From positions 28,671-60,670 of the forward strand of contig KI259781.1 of assembly GCA_000467935.1 (NCBI GenBank): a stretch of 32,000 bases of DNA. Direction: 5' to 3'. The stretch comes from Peptostreptococcaceae bacterium oral taxon 113 str. W5053. GTDB lineage: Bacteria > Bacillota > Clostridia > Tissierellales > Peptoniphilaceae. Under the pieces are notes generated by a model, which was given only the letters and a program-made list of their open reading frames with translations, was not told where the DNA came from and did not search any database. The stretch's first letter is position 1. The number at the start of each line of letters is the position of its first letter. Positions 1 through 8,650 of this stretch are shown here, in pieces. Position numbers and translations under genes: made by a program.

Positions 1-577
1 TGCCCATGCTTTTCCCTTGGGAAGGTTCTTTCTCCGGCAGGAAGGGGTCTTTTAAATCCAAATCCGCCACAAAATATTTTAAGTGGGCGATATTGATAGG
101 TTCTTCCACCAACTTGCGTCGACAGGCGCTCTCACAGGGGTGAGGGCACACCCGTCCGATGGAGGCGGGCAGAGGCAACTGTTCCTTGATGAGTTTTAAA
201 GCCTCTCGAAACTTTCCGTTGGCGATAAGACCCACATAGCCCTGACAGTCCGTCTCTCCCGGGCAGGCTCGCACACAGGGCGCTTTGCAATCCCCCTGAT
301 GGTCGGATAAGAGGAGTTCCAAAGCCGTTTGACGGGAGCGAATCACTCGCTCGCTTTCCGTGAAAAGGGACATGCCGGGGGCAACTTTGGCGGAACAGGA
401 GCGAAGAAGCTTGGGGCTTCCTTCCATTTCCACCACGCAGATGCCGCAGGCGCCATAGGCTTCCACTCTTTCGTCATGACACAGAGTGGGAATGAATATA
501 CCGGCGTTTTTTGCCGCTTCGTAAACGGTGTCGCCGTCATTGCACTGAATGTTTAATCCGTTGATTTTAATTTCCAT
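1..577 (-). CDS. Fe-S flavoprotein, N-terminal part: NuoG-type 2Fe-2S ferredoxin domain fused to a GltD-like (glutamate synthase small-subunit type) NAD(P)H oxidoreductase; StnC-like. The 3' end lies beyond the left window edge.
   Basis: Absent from the ORF track because there is no stop in the window. My reverse-complement translation from the ATG at 577 reads MEIKINGLNIQCNDGDTVYEAAKNAGIFIPTLCHDERVEAYGACGICVVEMEG..., and later ...QGDCKAPCVRACPGETDCQGYVGLIANGKFREALKLIKEQLPLPASIGRVCPHPCESAC, which is the GltD N-terminal Fe-S signature. The frame stays open to position 2. RBS AGGGGGA sits 5 nt upstream. Confidence 0.75.
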   Translation of the reverse strand, partial: MEIKINGLNIQCNDGDTVYEAAKNAGIFIPTLCHDERVEAYGACGICVVEMEGSPKLLRSCSAKVAPGMSLFTESERVIRSRQTALELLLSDHQGDCKAPCVRACPGETDCQGYVGLIANGKFREALKLIKEQLPLPASIGRVCPHPCESACRRKLVEEPINIAHLKYFVADLDLKDPFLPEKEPSQGKSMG

Positions 578-587
578 ACCAATCCCC

Positions 588-2321
588 CTATGCTTTTTCC
601 ACGGCGTTAAATCGACACACCTCGTAACATACGCCACAGGCAATGCAGATTTCCTCATCGATAAAATGGCGCTCCCGTCGTTCTCCGCGGATGGCTCCGA
701 CCGGACAATTGCGCAGGCATTGTCCGCAGCCAATACAATTGTCCAAAATTTTATACTGTAATAGTGCCTGGCAATGATGCGCCGGGCAGGCTTTTTCTTT
801 GACATGGGCTTCGTATTCGGGATAGAAATAGTGCATGGTGGACAGTATGGGATTGGGCGCCGTCTGTCCCAGTCCGCAAAGAGAGCCCGCCTTGACTTCT
901 TCTCCCAATTCTTTTAGCAAATCCAAATCCGATTCCCGACCCTGTCCTTTTGTGATGCGTTCCAAGGTCTCCAAAAGTCGCTTGGTGCCCATGCGACAGT
1001 GAATGCATTTGCCGCAGGATTCCTTGCGGGTAAAGTCCAAAAAGAATCGAGCCATATCCACCATACAGGTCTCTTCATCCATGACCACCATGCCTCCGGA
1101 GCCCATCATGGCGCCTGCTTGGACGATGGATTCATAGTCAATGGGTAAATCCAACAAACTTTCCGGCAAACATCCGCCGGAAGGACCGCCCATTTGCACC
1201 GCTTTAAATCTTTTGTCTTCTTTGATGCCTCCGCCGATCTCATAGATGATTTGGCGAATGGTCGTTCCCATGGGGACTTCCACCAGTCCTCCTTTTTTGA
1301 TTTTTCCCGTCAGGGCGAAAACCTTGGTTCCCTTGGAGCTTTCCGTACCAAATTTGGCAAATTCTTCTGCTCCGTGACGAAAAATCCAGGGTACATTGGC
1401 AAAGGTCTCCACATTGTTGATATTGGTTGAACTTTGCCGAAAGCCTTTTTGTGCCGGGAAGGGCGGTTTTAAACGGGGCATGCCCCGTTTCCCCTCCAAG
1501 GATTCAATTAACGCCGTTTCCTCACCGCAGACAAAGGCGCCCGCTCCCTCTTTGATGCGCAGACGAAAAGAAAAGTCGCTGTTCAAAATTCGATTGCCTA
1601 AATAGCCCTTTTCCTCCGCTTGCTCCATGGCAATTTTCAGTCTTTGCACTGCCAGAGGATATTCGGCACGCACGTAAATCATTCCCTCCTGCGCACCGAC
1701 CGCATAGGCGCAAATTAACATCCCTTCCAAAAGGCGATGGGGGTCTCCTTCCATAATCCCACGATCCATAAACGCACCCGGGTCTCCTTCGTCCGCATTG
1801 CAGACGATATATTTTTTGTCGCTTTTTGCCTTTCGTGCCGCATCCCACTTAAACCATGTGGGAAATCCGGCGCCGCCCCGTCCTCGAAGCCCGGAGGTTT
1901 TCATCTCCTCGATGACTTCTTCTTCGGTCATGGAAAGGGCTTTTTTTAAGCCTACATATCCTTCTTTCTTCAAATATTCTTCAATTTTTTCCGGATTGAT
2001 GATTCCGCAATTTTCCAAAACCACACGCACCTGAGTCGCCATGGCTTTTTCGTCTTCCACGGAAGGAAGCCCTAAATTCGCTTCGCCTCCTTGAAGAAAA
2101 GAGAGAATCTCTTCCACGTCTTCTCCTTGCACATGGACAAAACGTCGGGACAATTTATCTTCTTCGTAAATATCCACAATGGGTTCCAGATAGCAGGACC
2201 CTACGCAGCCGGTTTTCTCCAATGCAAATTGAACCGGCAAGAAATTCTCCAATTTCTCATAAATTTTATCCGCTCCGGCGGCTCTGCCGCAACTGCCGAA
2301 GCCCACGACAACTTTTTTCAT
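588..2321 (-). CDS. NuoF/HydB-like NADH-binding flavoprotein subunit (FMN plus Fe-S clusters), StnB-like
   Basis: 577-aa ORF. Carries the GRGGAGFPTWFKW motif of the 51-kDa NuoF family, an N-terminal thioredoxin-like Cys region, and a C-terminal pair of ferredoxin motifs (CIGCGQCLRNCP, CIACGVCYEVC). ATGA start/stop overlap with the upstream NuoE-like gene. Confidence 0.9.
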   Translation of the reverse strand: MKKVVVGFGSCGRAAGADKIYEKLENFLPVQFALEKTGCVGSCYLEPIVDIYEEDKLSRRFVHVQGEDVEEILSFLQGGEANLGLPSVEDEKAMATQVRVVLENCGIINPEKIEEYLKKEGYVGLKKALSMTEEEVIEEMKTSGLRGRGGAGFPTWFKWDAARKAKSDKKYIVCNADEGDPGAFMDRGIMEGDPHRLLEGMLICAYAVGAQEGMIYVRAEYPLAVQRLKIAMEQAEEKGYLGNRILNSDFSFRLRIKEGAGAFVCGEETALIESLEGKRGMPRLKPPFPAQKGFRQSSTNINNVETFANVPWIFRHGAEEFAKFGTESSKGTKVFALTGKIKKGGLVEVPMGTTIRQIIYEIGGGIKEDKRFKAVQMGGPSGGCLPESLLDLPIDYESIVQAGAMMGSGGMVVMDEETCMVDMARFFLDFTRKESCGKCIHCRMGTKRLLETLERITKGQGRESDLDLLKELGEEVKAGSLCGLGQTAPNPILSTMHYFYPEYEAHVKEKACPAHHCQALLQYKILDNCIGCGQCLRNCPVGAIRGERRERHFIDEEICIACGVCYEVCRFNAVEKA

Positions 2322-2812
2322 GATCCTTCTCCTTCTGCCAAGTTTTTCAATATCTTTTTGACTTTATCCGCCGTAAGGGAACTGTAGGTTTCCTCTCCAA
2401 TCATCATAACCGGCGACAGACTGCAACAACCCAAACAAGCCACATTGTTTAAGGTGAACAAGCCGTCCTTTGTGGTCTCTCCCTCGTGAATATGAAGTTC
2501 CTCCTCGATGACCTTTTGAATCTTCTCCGAGCCGTTGACATGACAAGCCGTTCCCTGGCATAACAAAATCAAATGCTTCCCGATGGGATTTAATCGAAAT
2601 TGGGTGTAAAAGGTCGCCACGCCGAATACCTTTGCCGGAGATATATTTAATCCTCGTCCAATCCACACCAGATTTTCCCGGGAAAGATATCCGAATCTTC
2701 CCTGCACCTCTTGAAGAATGGAAATCAAGTTCTCCGGATTGTATTGATATTTTTCTAAAATCTCCCGGATTTGCTCCTGAGCTTTTAAAGTTTTTTCATC
2801 ACACATCCTCAT
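2318..2812 (-). CDS. NuoE/HydC-like 2Fe-2S thioredoxin-fold subunit, StnA-like
   Basis: The ORF track gives 2318..2944, but the first 44 codons overlap the hutI 3' end and its terminator. The ATG at 2812 (MRMCDEKTLK...) is preceded by AAAGGTG. Cys motifs LLCQGTACHVNG and NVACLGCCSLSP are typical of the NuoE family. Confidence 0.85.
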   Translation of the reverse strand: MRMCDEKTLKAQEQIREILEKYQYNPENLISILQEVQGRFGYLSRENLVWIGRGLNISPAKVFGVATFYTQFRLNPIGKHLILLCQGTACHVNGSEKIQKVIEEELHIHEGETTKDGLFTLNNVACLGCCSLSPVMMIGEETYSSLTADKVKKILKNLAEGEGS

Positions 2813-2870
2813 CACACCTTTCTTGTTACCTATAATACTATTCCACATCAAATTTGAAAAGCATTTGAAC

Positions 2871-2904
2871 AAAAATAAAAAAAGCGGAAACTTATTCCGC
2901 TTTT
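2871..2904 (-). terminator. Rho-independent terminator of the hut operon, overlapping the hutI stop codon
   Basis: The minus strand reads AAAAGCGGAA-taagt-TTCCGCTTTT followed by TTTATTTTT. The stem is 10 bp and the hutI TAA lies in the loop. Confidence 0.75.
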
Positions 2905-4154
2905 CTCCACACTTCTTTTCCTTTTTTCCAAACCCGTTCCACATGATTTACACCGAAGTGATAGGGGATATAGTCTAAATTCGGTGCATCCCATAAAATC
3001 AGATCCGCTTCTTTGCCTTTTTCAAGGCTGCCGATTTTTTCCTGCCGTCCAATGGCGCATGCCGCATTATAGGTTACCGCGGTGAGGATTTCCTCAGGGA
3101 GTAGACGATAATAGAGGGCTGCAAAGGTCATGATAAGCTGAAGATTTTCCGTAGGACAGCTGCCCGGATTATAGTCGGTGCAAAGAGCTATGCTTACGCC
3201 TTGTTCCACCATTTGTCTCGCCTTCGCGTATTTTCCCTTTCCCAAATTAAAGGATGTGCCGGGCAAAAGGCAGGCGATTACGCCCGCTTTGGCCATATCT
3301 TGAATTCCCTTGTCACTGGCGGCGATTAAATGTTCCGCACTCAGGGTGGGTAGCTTCGCCGCCAACTGGGCTCCCCCTAAGGAGACGATTTCGTCGGCGT
3401 GAATTTTAAGTCCGAAGCCCAATTCTTTTGCCGCCGTCAAAATCCTTCGAGACTGTTCGATGTCAAAGACGCCTTCCTCACAAAACACGTCCACAAATTC
3501 AGCCAAACGCTCCTCTTTGACAAAGGGCATCATCTCTTCTGTCAAAATCCGAATAAATTCGTCCGGATTTTCTTTGTACTTAGCCGGCATCGCATGGGCT
3601 CCCATAAATGTGGAAACCACATCCACCGGATGATTGGCATTAAGCTGATGAGCCACCTGCATCTGTTTGATTTCCGTTTGAAAATCCCAAATGCCGTAAC
3701 CGCTTTTCGCTTCCACCGTCGTGGTGCCATGGGCGAGCATCACGTCCAAGCTTTTTCGAGCCTTATCATAAAGGCTTTGAAAGTCGGCTTCTCGGGTCGC
3801 TTTTTGAGTGGAATAGATGCCGAGTCCCGCATTGTAAATTTCCAAATAGTCGGCACCGGCAATTTTCATAGCCAATTCTTTTTCTCTGCTGCCTCCATGC
3901 ACCAAATGGGTATGAGCGTCGATCAGTCCCGGTGTAACCACTTTGTCGGTACAGTCCACCCTTTGGGTATTCTCCGAAGCTTGTATTTCCTCCGGCAAAG
4001 GATACGCTCCCCCATAGATAATTTGACCGTCAAAGACAGCTACAACGCCGTCTCGAACACCTTTCGCCTTTAACGCCTCTTTGCTGCGAGGTCTTTTCTC
4101 TCCCTCCAAGGTATAGAGAGTACCGATATGTTCCAATAAAACATCAATTTGCAT
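2892..4154 (-). CDS. hutI: Imidazolonepropionase
   Basis: Amidohydrolase motifs (GLIDAHTHLVHGG, KIHADE) and third position in hutH-hutU-hutI. The track start at 4166 is a TTG lying inside the RBS. The ATG at 4154 (MQIDVLLEH...) follows GGAGA by 6 nt and overlaps the hutU end by 11 nt. Confidence 0.92.
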   Translation of the reverse strand: MQIDVLLEHIGTLYTLEGEKRPRSKEALKAKGVRDGVVAVFDGQIIYGGAYPLPEEIQASENTQRVDCTDKVVTPGLIDAHTHLVHGGSREKELAMKIAGADYLEIYNAGLGIYSTQKATREADFQSLYDKARKSLDVMLAHGTTTVEAKSGYGIWDFQTEIKQMQVAHQLNANHPVDVVSTFMGAHAMPAKYKENPDEFIRILTEEMMPFVKEERLAEFVDVFCEEGVFDIEQSRRILTAAKELGFGLKIHADEIVSLGGAQLAAKLPTLSAEHLIAASDKGIQDMAKAGVIACLLPGTSFNLGKGKYAKARQMVEQGVSIALCTDYNPGSCPTENLQLIMTFAALYYRLLPEEILTAVTYNAACAIGRQEKIGSLEKGKEADLILWDAPNLDYIPYHFGVNHVERVWKKGKEVWRKAE

Positions 4155-6144
4155 GGTATTCTCCAAGGATTAAGCTTTCAATGAGTTTTTCGTCCGCAAT
4201 CTCCGGTTCGGTGATGATTCCCCGATTTTGTTCCCGTTTATTATATTCTTTCACCGTGTTTAGGGAATTCTTATTTCCCGCCCAGCTGCGACGGGATACC
4301 CCTACCATCACATCCCAGGACATGGAGAGTTTCAATATCTCGTCTACACGTTCGCTTCCATCCAGAACCATGCCGAAGCCTCCGTTGACAGCGTTTCCGA
4401 TTCCGGTGCCGCCGCCGTTATGGAGTGCCACCAAGCTCATTCCTCTTGCCGCATTTCCGGCAAAACACTGAGTAGCCATATCCGCCATCACATTGGATCC
4501 GTCTTTGATATTGGAAGTTTCTCTAAAGGGTGAATCGGTGCCGCCGGTATCGTGATGGTCACGCCCCAACATCACCGGTCCGATTTTTCCTTCCCGGACC
4601 AATTCATTAAATCGGAGCGCAATCTTTAAACGTCCCTGTTCGTCCTGATAGAGGATACGGGCTTGACTGCCCACGACCAATTGATTTTTCTGTGCATCCT
4701 GAATCCAGATATAATTGTCTCGATCCTGTCCTCGACGATTCGGGTCAATGCATTCCATCGCCGCCCGGTCCGTAGCTTGAAGGTCTTCTTTTTTGCCTGA
4801 CAGACAAACCCAACGGAACGGTCCATAGCCGTAATCGAAAAGTTCCGGTCCTAAAATATCTTCCACATAGCTGGGGAATACAAATCCCTCCAAAGTATTT
4901 TCTCCGTTTTTGGCGATTTCTTTGACACCGGCATCAAAGACGGACTTCATAAAACTGTTGCCGTAGTCGAAGAAATAACTTCCTCGAGAAACTAAAGTTT
5001 TTATCAACTCATAATGTTTGCGTAAACTTCTGTTGACCGCTTCGACAAATCCCGCTTTATCTTCCGCCAACATACGGGTGCGTTCCTCGAAGCTGATTTT
5101 CCACGGACAGTAACCGCCGTCATAAACCGCATGACAGGAGGTCTGGTCGGACAAAAGATGAATGAAAATATTTTTTTCCACCGCATACTCCAGCAAATCC
5201 ACAATATTTCCATGAAAAGCCACGGCTTTGGCTTCTTTTTTGTTCAAATACTCTTGTGCGATGGCAAAAGCTTCTTCTTTTGTTTGAGCGACCGCATCCA
5301 CCCAACCTTGTGTCAAACGGGTCTTGATACGACTTTCGTCCACCTCCGCAATGATGCCTACGGCTCCGGCAATGTGAGCGGCTTTCCCTTGTGCCCCGCT
5401 CATACCGCCAAGGCCGGAAGAGATAAAGAGTTTTCCCTTTAAGTCTTCTTCCTGTCCCAAGCCCAATTTCAGTCTGCCTGCATTCAAAAGCGTATTGTAG
5501 GTGCCGTGAACAATCCCTTGAGGTCCGATATACATCCAACCCCCTGCCGTCATCTGCCCGTAATTGGCAACACCGAGAGCCGCCGCTCTTTTCCAATTTT
5601 CCTGATCGTCATAGCAGCCGACCATCAGCGAATTGGTAATAATTACTCGAGGGCTTTCCTTTTTGGAAGGGAAAAGCCCCAAGGGATGACCGCTCATCAC
5701 CACTAAAGTCTGGGTGTCCGTCATCTCTCTTAGATATTGTTGAATCAACAGATATTGCATCCAATTTTGGCAGACCTGTCCCGTCTCCCCGTAAGTGACT
5801 AATTCATAGGGATAAAGAGCCACATCAAAATCCAAATTGTTGTCCATCATCAGTTGGAACGCTTTGCCCTCCAGGGTCTTTCCCTGATACGCTTCAACGG
5901 GTTTTGCAAAAATTTTGCCCTCGGGGCGAAAACGATAACCGTAAATTCTGCCTCGCTCAATCAGCTCATCCATAAATTCCTGTGCCATTTCCGCATGAAA
6001 CTGTTTGGGGATATAACGCAAGGCATTGGATACAGCCAAACGCATTTCTCTTGGCGTCAAATTTAATTCTCTGCGGGGAGCTCGACGAATTCCTGTTTGG
6101 AATTCTTTTTTCGCCGGCAGTTGTTCCATCTTTAAACGATTCAT
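4144..6144 (-). CDS. hutU: Urocanate hydratase
   Basis: 666-aa ORF with urocanase-typical blocks (GGMSGAQ, MATQCFAGNAARG, LHNGGGTGIG). RBS AGGAGGA. Confidence 0.93.
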   Translation of the reverse strand: MNRLKMEQLPAKKEFQTGIRRAPRRELNLTPREMRLAVSNALRYIPKQFHAEMAQEFMDELIERGRIYGYRFRPEGKIFAKPVEAYQGKTLEGKAFQLMMDNNLDFDVALYPYELVTYGETGQVCQNWMQYLLIQQYLREMTDTQTLVVMSGHPLGLFPSKKESPRVIITNSLMVGCYDDQENWKRAAALGVANYGQMTAGGWMYIGPQGIVHGTYNTLLNAGRLKLGLGQEEDLKGKLFISSGLGGMSGAQGKAAHIAGAVGIIAEVDESRIKTRLTQGWVDAVAQTKEEAFAIAQEYLNKKEAKAVAFHGNIVDLLEYAVEKNIFIHLLSDQTSCHAVYDGGYCPWKISFEERTRMLAEDKAGFVEAVNRSLRKHYELIKTLVSRGSYFFDYGNSFMKSVFDAGVKEIAKNGENTLEGFVFPSYVEDILGPELFDYGYGPFRWVCLSGKKEDLQATDRAAMECIDPNRRGQDRDNYIWIQDAQKNQLVVGSQARILYQDEQGRLKIALRFNELVREGKIGPVMLGRDHHDTGGTDSPFRETSNIKDGSNVMADMATQCFAGNAARGMSLVALHNGGGTGIGNAVNGGFGMVLDGSERVDEILKLSMSWDVMVGVSRRSWAGNKNSLNTVKEYNKREQNRGIITEPEIADEKLIESLILGEYHAN

Positions 6145-6153
6145 TTCATCCTC

Positions 6154-7677
6154 CTATTGTATTTCCAAAAGCCCGACGGCTTTTTCCGTTTCCGTCAAAA
6201 TCTCTTCCAATAATGTTTCCGCCCTGTGAATATCTTTATAATGTTCCCGATCTTTATCCAAATAAGGAATCTCTCGGCGCAAAATTTCATAGGCTCTTTG
6301 CGTGCCTTTGCCCAAGGAAAAATCGCCTCGCATATCCAAAGCTTGGCAGGCAATCAACAATTCAATTGCCAAAACATTTCTTGTATTGGCAACGATTTTT
6401 CTCGCTTTTCGGGCAGCAACGGTTCCCATGGAAACCAAATCTTCCTGCCCTGCCGAAGAAGGAATGGAGTCTACACTGGCAGGATGCGCCAAGATTTTAT
6501 TCTCCGAAACTAAGGATGCCGCCGCATATTGAGCAATCATATATCCGGAATGCATTCCACCCTTTTCCGCCAAGAATGGGGGAAGTCCTTCACTCATGGC
6601 GGGGTTGACCAATCGCTCCAAACGACGTTCGCTGATATTTGCCAATTCGGATACGCCGATTGCTAAAAAGTCAAAAGGTTGAGCCATCGGTTCCCCATGA
6701 AAATTACCGGCGGAGATAATCTCCCCTTCGTTGAAGAAAATCAACGGATTATCCGTAACCGAATTGATTTCTATCTCGACTTTTTCTTTCACATAGGAAA
6801 TGGTATCTTTGGAAGCTCCGTGAATTTGCGGCATACAGCGAATGCTGTACGGGTCCTGCACTCGAAGTTCTCCCTGTCTTGTGGTCATCCGACTGTCTTC
6901 CAAAAGGCGTAAGAGATTCCTTCCTGTAGCTGCCTGTCCCCCATGAGAACGAACCATGGAAACCAGCGGTGAAAAGGCATCGATAATACCGAAAAGACTT
7001 TCCGTTGTCAAAGCACCGATAATATCCGAACATTTAGCCAAAAGTATCGCATCATAAGTAGCCAAAGCGCCGATGGAAGTTAAAGCTTGGGTACCGTTAA
7101 TCATAGCCAAGCCTTCTTTTTCGCACAATTCAATGGGGCTTAGTCCGGCATGTTCCATCGCTTCTTTGCCGGAAACTTTTTTTCCCTCTACAAAAGCTTC
7201 TCCCAAGCCCAACATCACCAAGGTCATATGTGCCAAAGGAACCAAGTCGCCGCTGGCTCCTAAGGAACCTTGCTCATAGACCGCCGGATAAACTCTCTGA
7301 TTGAGCATATCCACAAGACATTGAATTGTTTCCTCTCGTGCACCGCTAAATCCGCGTACCAAATTATTGGCACGAAGAAGCATCATGCCCCGCACCGCAT
7401 CTTCCGGTAAAACTTCCCCCACACCGCAAGCATGACTCATAATCAAATTTTTTTGCAATGCTTTGGTATCTTCCCTCGGAATAGAGACATTACAAAGTTT
7501 CCCAAAACCTGTGGTAATTCCATATACTGCCGCTTCACGATTTACACAATCATCCACCATTGCTCTTGCAGCACGAACTTGTTGCAAACTTTCCTGCGCC
7601 AACTCCACTTCTTCAAAATCTCGTGTTACGGCAATAAATTGTTCCAAGGTCAAAGCATTTCCCCGAATTTTTATCAT
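6154..7677 (-). CDS. hutH: Histidine ammonia-lyase
   Basis: 507-aa ORF containing GSLGASGDLVPLAH; the Ala-Ser-Gly triad forms the MIO cofactor. RBS AGGAGGAAG. Confidence 0.93.
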   Translation of the reverse strand: MIKIRGNALTLEQFIAVTRDFEEVELAQESLQQVRAARAMVDDCVNREAAVYGITTGFGKLCNVSIPREDTKALQKNLIMSHACGVGEVLPEDAVRGMMLLRANNLVRGFSGAREETIQCLVDMLNQRVYPAVYEQGSLGASGDLVPLAHMTLVMLGLGEAFVEGKKVSGKEAMEHAGLSPIELCEKEGLAMINGTQALTSIGALATYDAILLAKCSDIIGALTTESLFGIIDAFSPLVSMVRSHGGQAATGRNLLRLLEDSRMTTRQGELRVQDPYSIRCMPQIHGASKDTISYVKEKVEIEINSVTDNPLIFFNEGEIISAGNFHGEPMAQPFDFLAIGVSELANISERRLERLVNPAMSEGLPPFLAEKGGMHSGYMIAQYAAASLVSENKILAHPASVDSIPSSAGQEDLVSMGTVAARKARKIVANTRNVLAIELLIACQALDMRGDFSLGKGTQRAYEILRREIPYLDKDREHYKDIHRAETLLEEILTETEKAVGLLEIQ

Positions 7678-7707
7678 TTTCTTCCTCCTGTGCCGCGGTA
7701 CAAAAAT

Positions 7708-7742
7708 AAAGTAAAAAACACGATAACTATTTATCGTGTTTT
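7708..7742 (-). terminator. Intrinsic terminator inside the hutH leader, 35 nt upstream of the hutH ATG; a candidate attenuator that would also stop read-through from surE
   Basis: The minus strand reads AACACGATAA-atag-TTATCGTGTT followed by TTTTACTTTATTTTT. The stem is a perfect 10 bp, extendable to 12 bp. Confidence 0.75.
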
Positions 7743-7806
7743 CATCCCTTTTTATTTAATTGAACAGCTTTCTTTTTCACCATCACAATCCCCCGCTTTT
7801 GTGTTG

Positions 7807-7835
7807 ATTATATCAAAGTATTCGCAACACTTCAA
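7807..7835 (-). promoter_or_regulatory. Sigma-A-type promoter of the hut operon
   Basis: Minus strand: TTGAAG, 17-nt spacer, then TGATATAAT (extended -10). It lies 14 nt after the surE stop. Confidence 0.55.
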
Positions 7836-7848
7836 GCAAAATTCCAGC

Positions 7849-8595
7849 TCAAAAAAAGATTCGATGCAAATCTTTGAGGGCTTCTCGATCGGTAAAGTTG
7901 TATTCCATGGGACTTAAAGTCATATAGCCTCGTTCCAAATAATAGCGATCTGTATCCGAGGTCAATTTCCTTTCAATACGACCTTTGGCAATCAACGCTT
8001 CCTGTCCTTCTTCTTCCCCGACAAAATATTTATAGAATACCGGATCTCCCACGGAGCAAACTTTAATTTCACCGGATGTTAACGCATAGGGAATATTAAA
8101 ATTCAACAGCATCCGCTCTTGAACCATACGACTGCCCAAGCGCTGTACCAATTTAACGGTTTCTTCCACAGCCAACAGATAGTTGGTCTCTTCCTTGTCA
8201 TGTAAATATTCCGCCGATACCGCCATAGCGGCTTTTCCATAAATATGAGCTTCCAAGGCGGCACTGACCGTACCGGAATAAAGTGTATCAATCCCTGCAT
8301 TATATCCTCGATTGATCCCCGAGATGACCAAATCCACACCTTTGGAAAGATATTCCAAACCTACTCTGGTACAATCCGCCGGTGTTCCGTTTATACTCCA
8401 GGCTTTTCCTGAAAAATCATTGAATTCACGGGGTTCCATAACTAAATTTTCATAAATTGTAATGGAATGGCTGCTTCCGCTGCGTTCTTTATCGGGCGCT
8501 ACAATGGTTATTTCATGCTCCTTTTGTAAGGCGATGCCCAAATCCAAAATACCCTGAGAATCGATTCCATCGTCATTGACCAATAGTATTTTCAT
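7849..8595 (-). CDS. surE: 5'/3'-nucleotidase SurE
   Basis: 248-aa ORF starting MKILLVNDDGIDSQGI, with ...APDKERSGSSHS. These are the canonical SurE N-terminal motifs. Confidence 0.9.
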   Translation of the reverse strand: MKILLVNDDGIDSQGILDLGIALQKEHEITIVAPDKERSGSSHSITIYENLVMEPREFNDFSGKAWSINGTPADCTRVGLEYLSKGVDLVISGINRGYNAGIDTLYSGTVSAALEAHIYGKAAMAVSAEYLHDKEETNYLLAVEETVKLVQRLGSRMVQERMLLNFNIPYALTSGEIKVCSVGDPVFYKYFVGEEEGQEALIAKGRIERKLTSDTDRYYLERGYMTLSPMEYNFTDREALKDLHRIFF

Positions 8596-8610
8596 CTTCC
8601 ATACCCCTTA

Positions 8611-8642
8611 TAAATAAGGAAAACCCGGTTTATTCACCGGGT
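8611..8642 (-). terminator. Probable, possibly leaky, terminator after the L25 gene
   Basis: The minus strand reads ACCCGGT-gaataa-ACCGGGT followed by TTTCCTTATTT. It ends only 16 nt before the surE start, so surE presumably depends on read-through. Confidence 0.45.
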
Positions 8643-8650
8643 CTGTCTTC

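Noticed and set aside
2813-2944. N-terminal 44 codons of the track ORF 2318..2944 (MWNGFGKKEKK...)
   Set aside because: This stretch overlaps the hutI 3' end and the hutI terminator, and it is low-complexity. The ATG at 2812 has a proper RBS and yields a normal-length NuoE-like protein.
3399-4073. 224-aa plus-strand ORF antisense to hutI. Similar antisense or alternative-frame ORFs are 5982..6608, 7432..7917, 11670..12173, 5120..5596, 9717..10088 and 23101..23508.
   Set aside because: All lie within or opposite genes with strong family signatures, have no RBS, and have odd, low-complexity compositions. They are typical shadow ORFs.
7742-7806. HutP-type antitermination site (spaced UAG triplets) in the hut leader
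   Set aside because: Only a single TAG occurs, in the hairpin loop, and no hutP-like gene is in the window. The terminator itself is reported separately.
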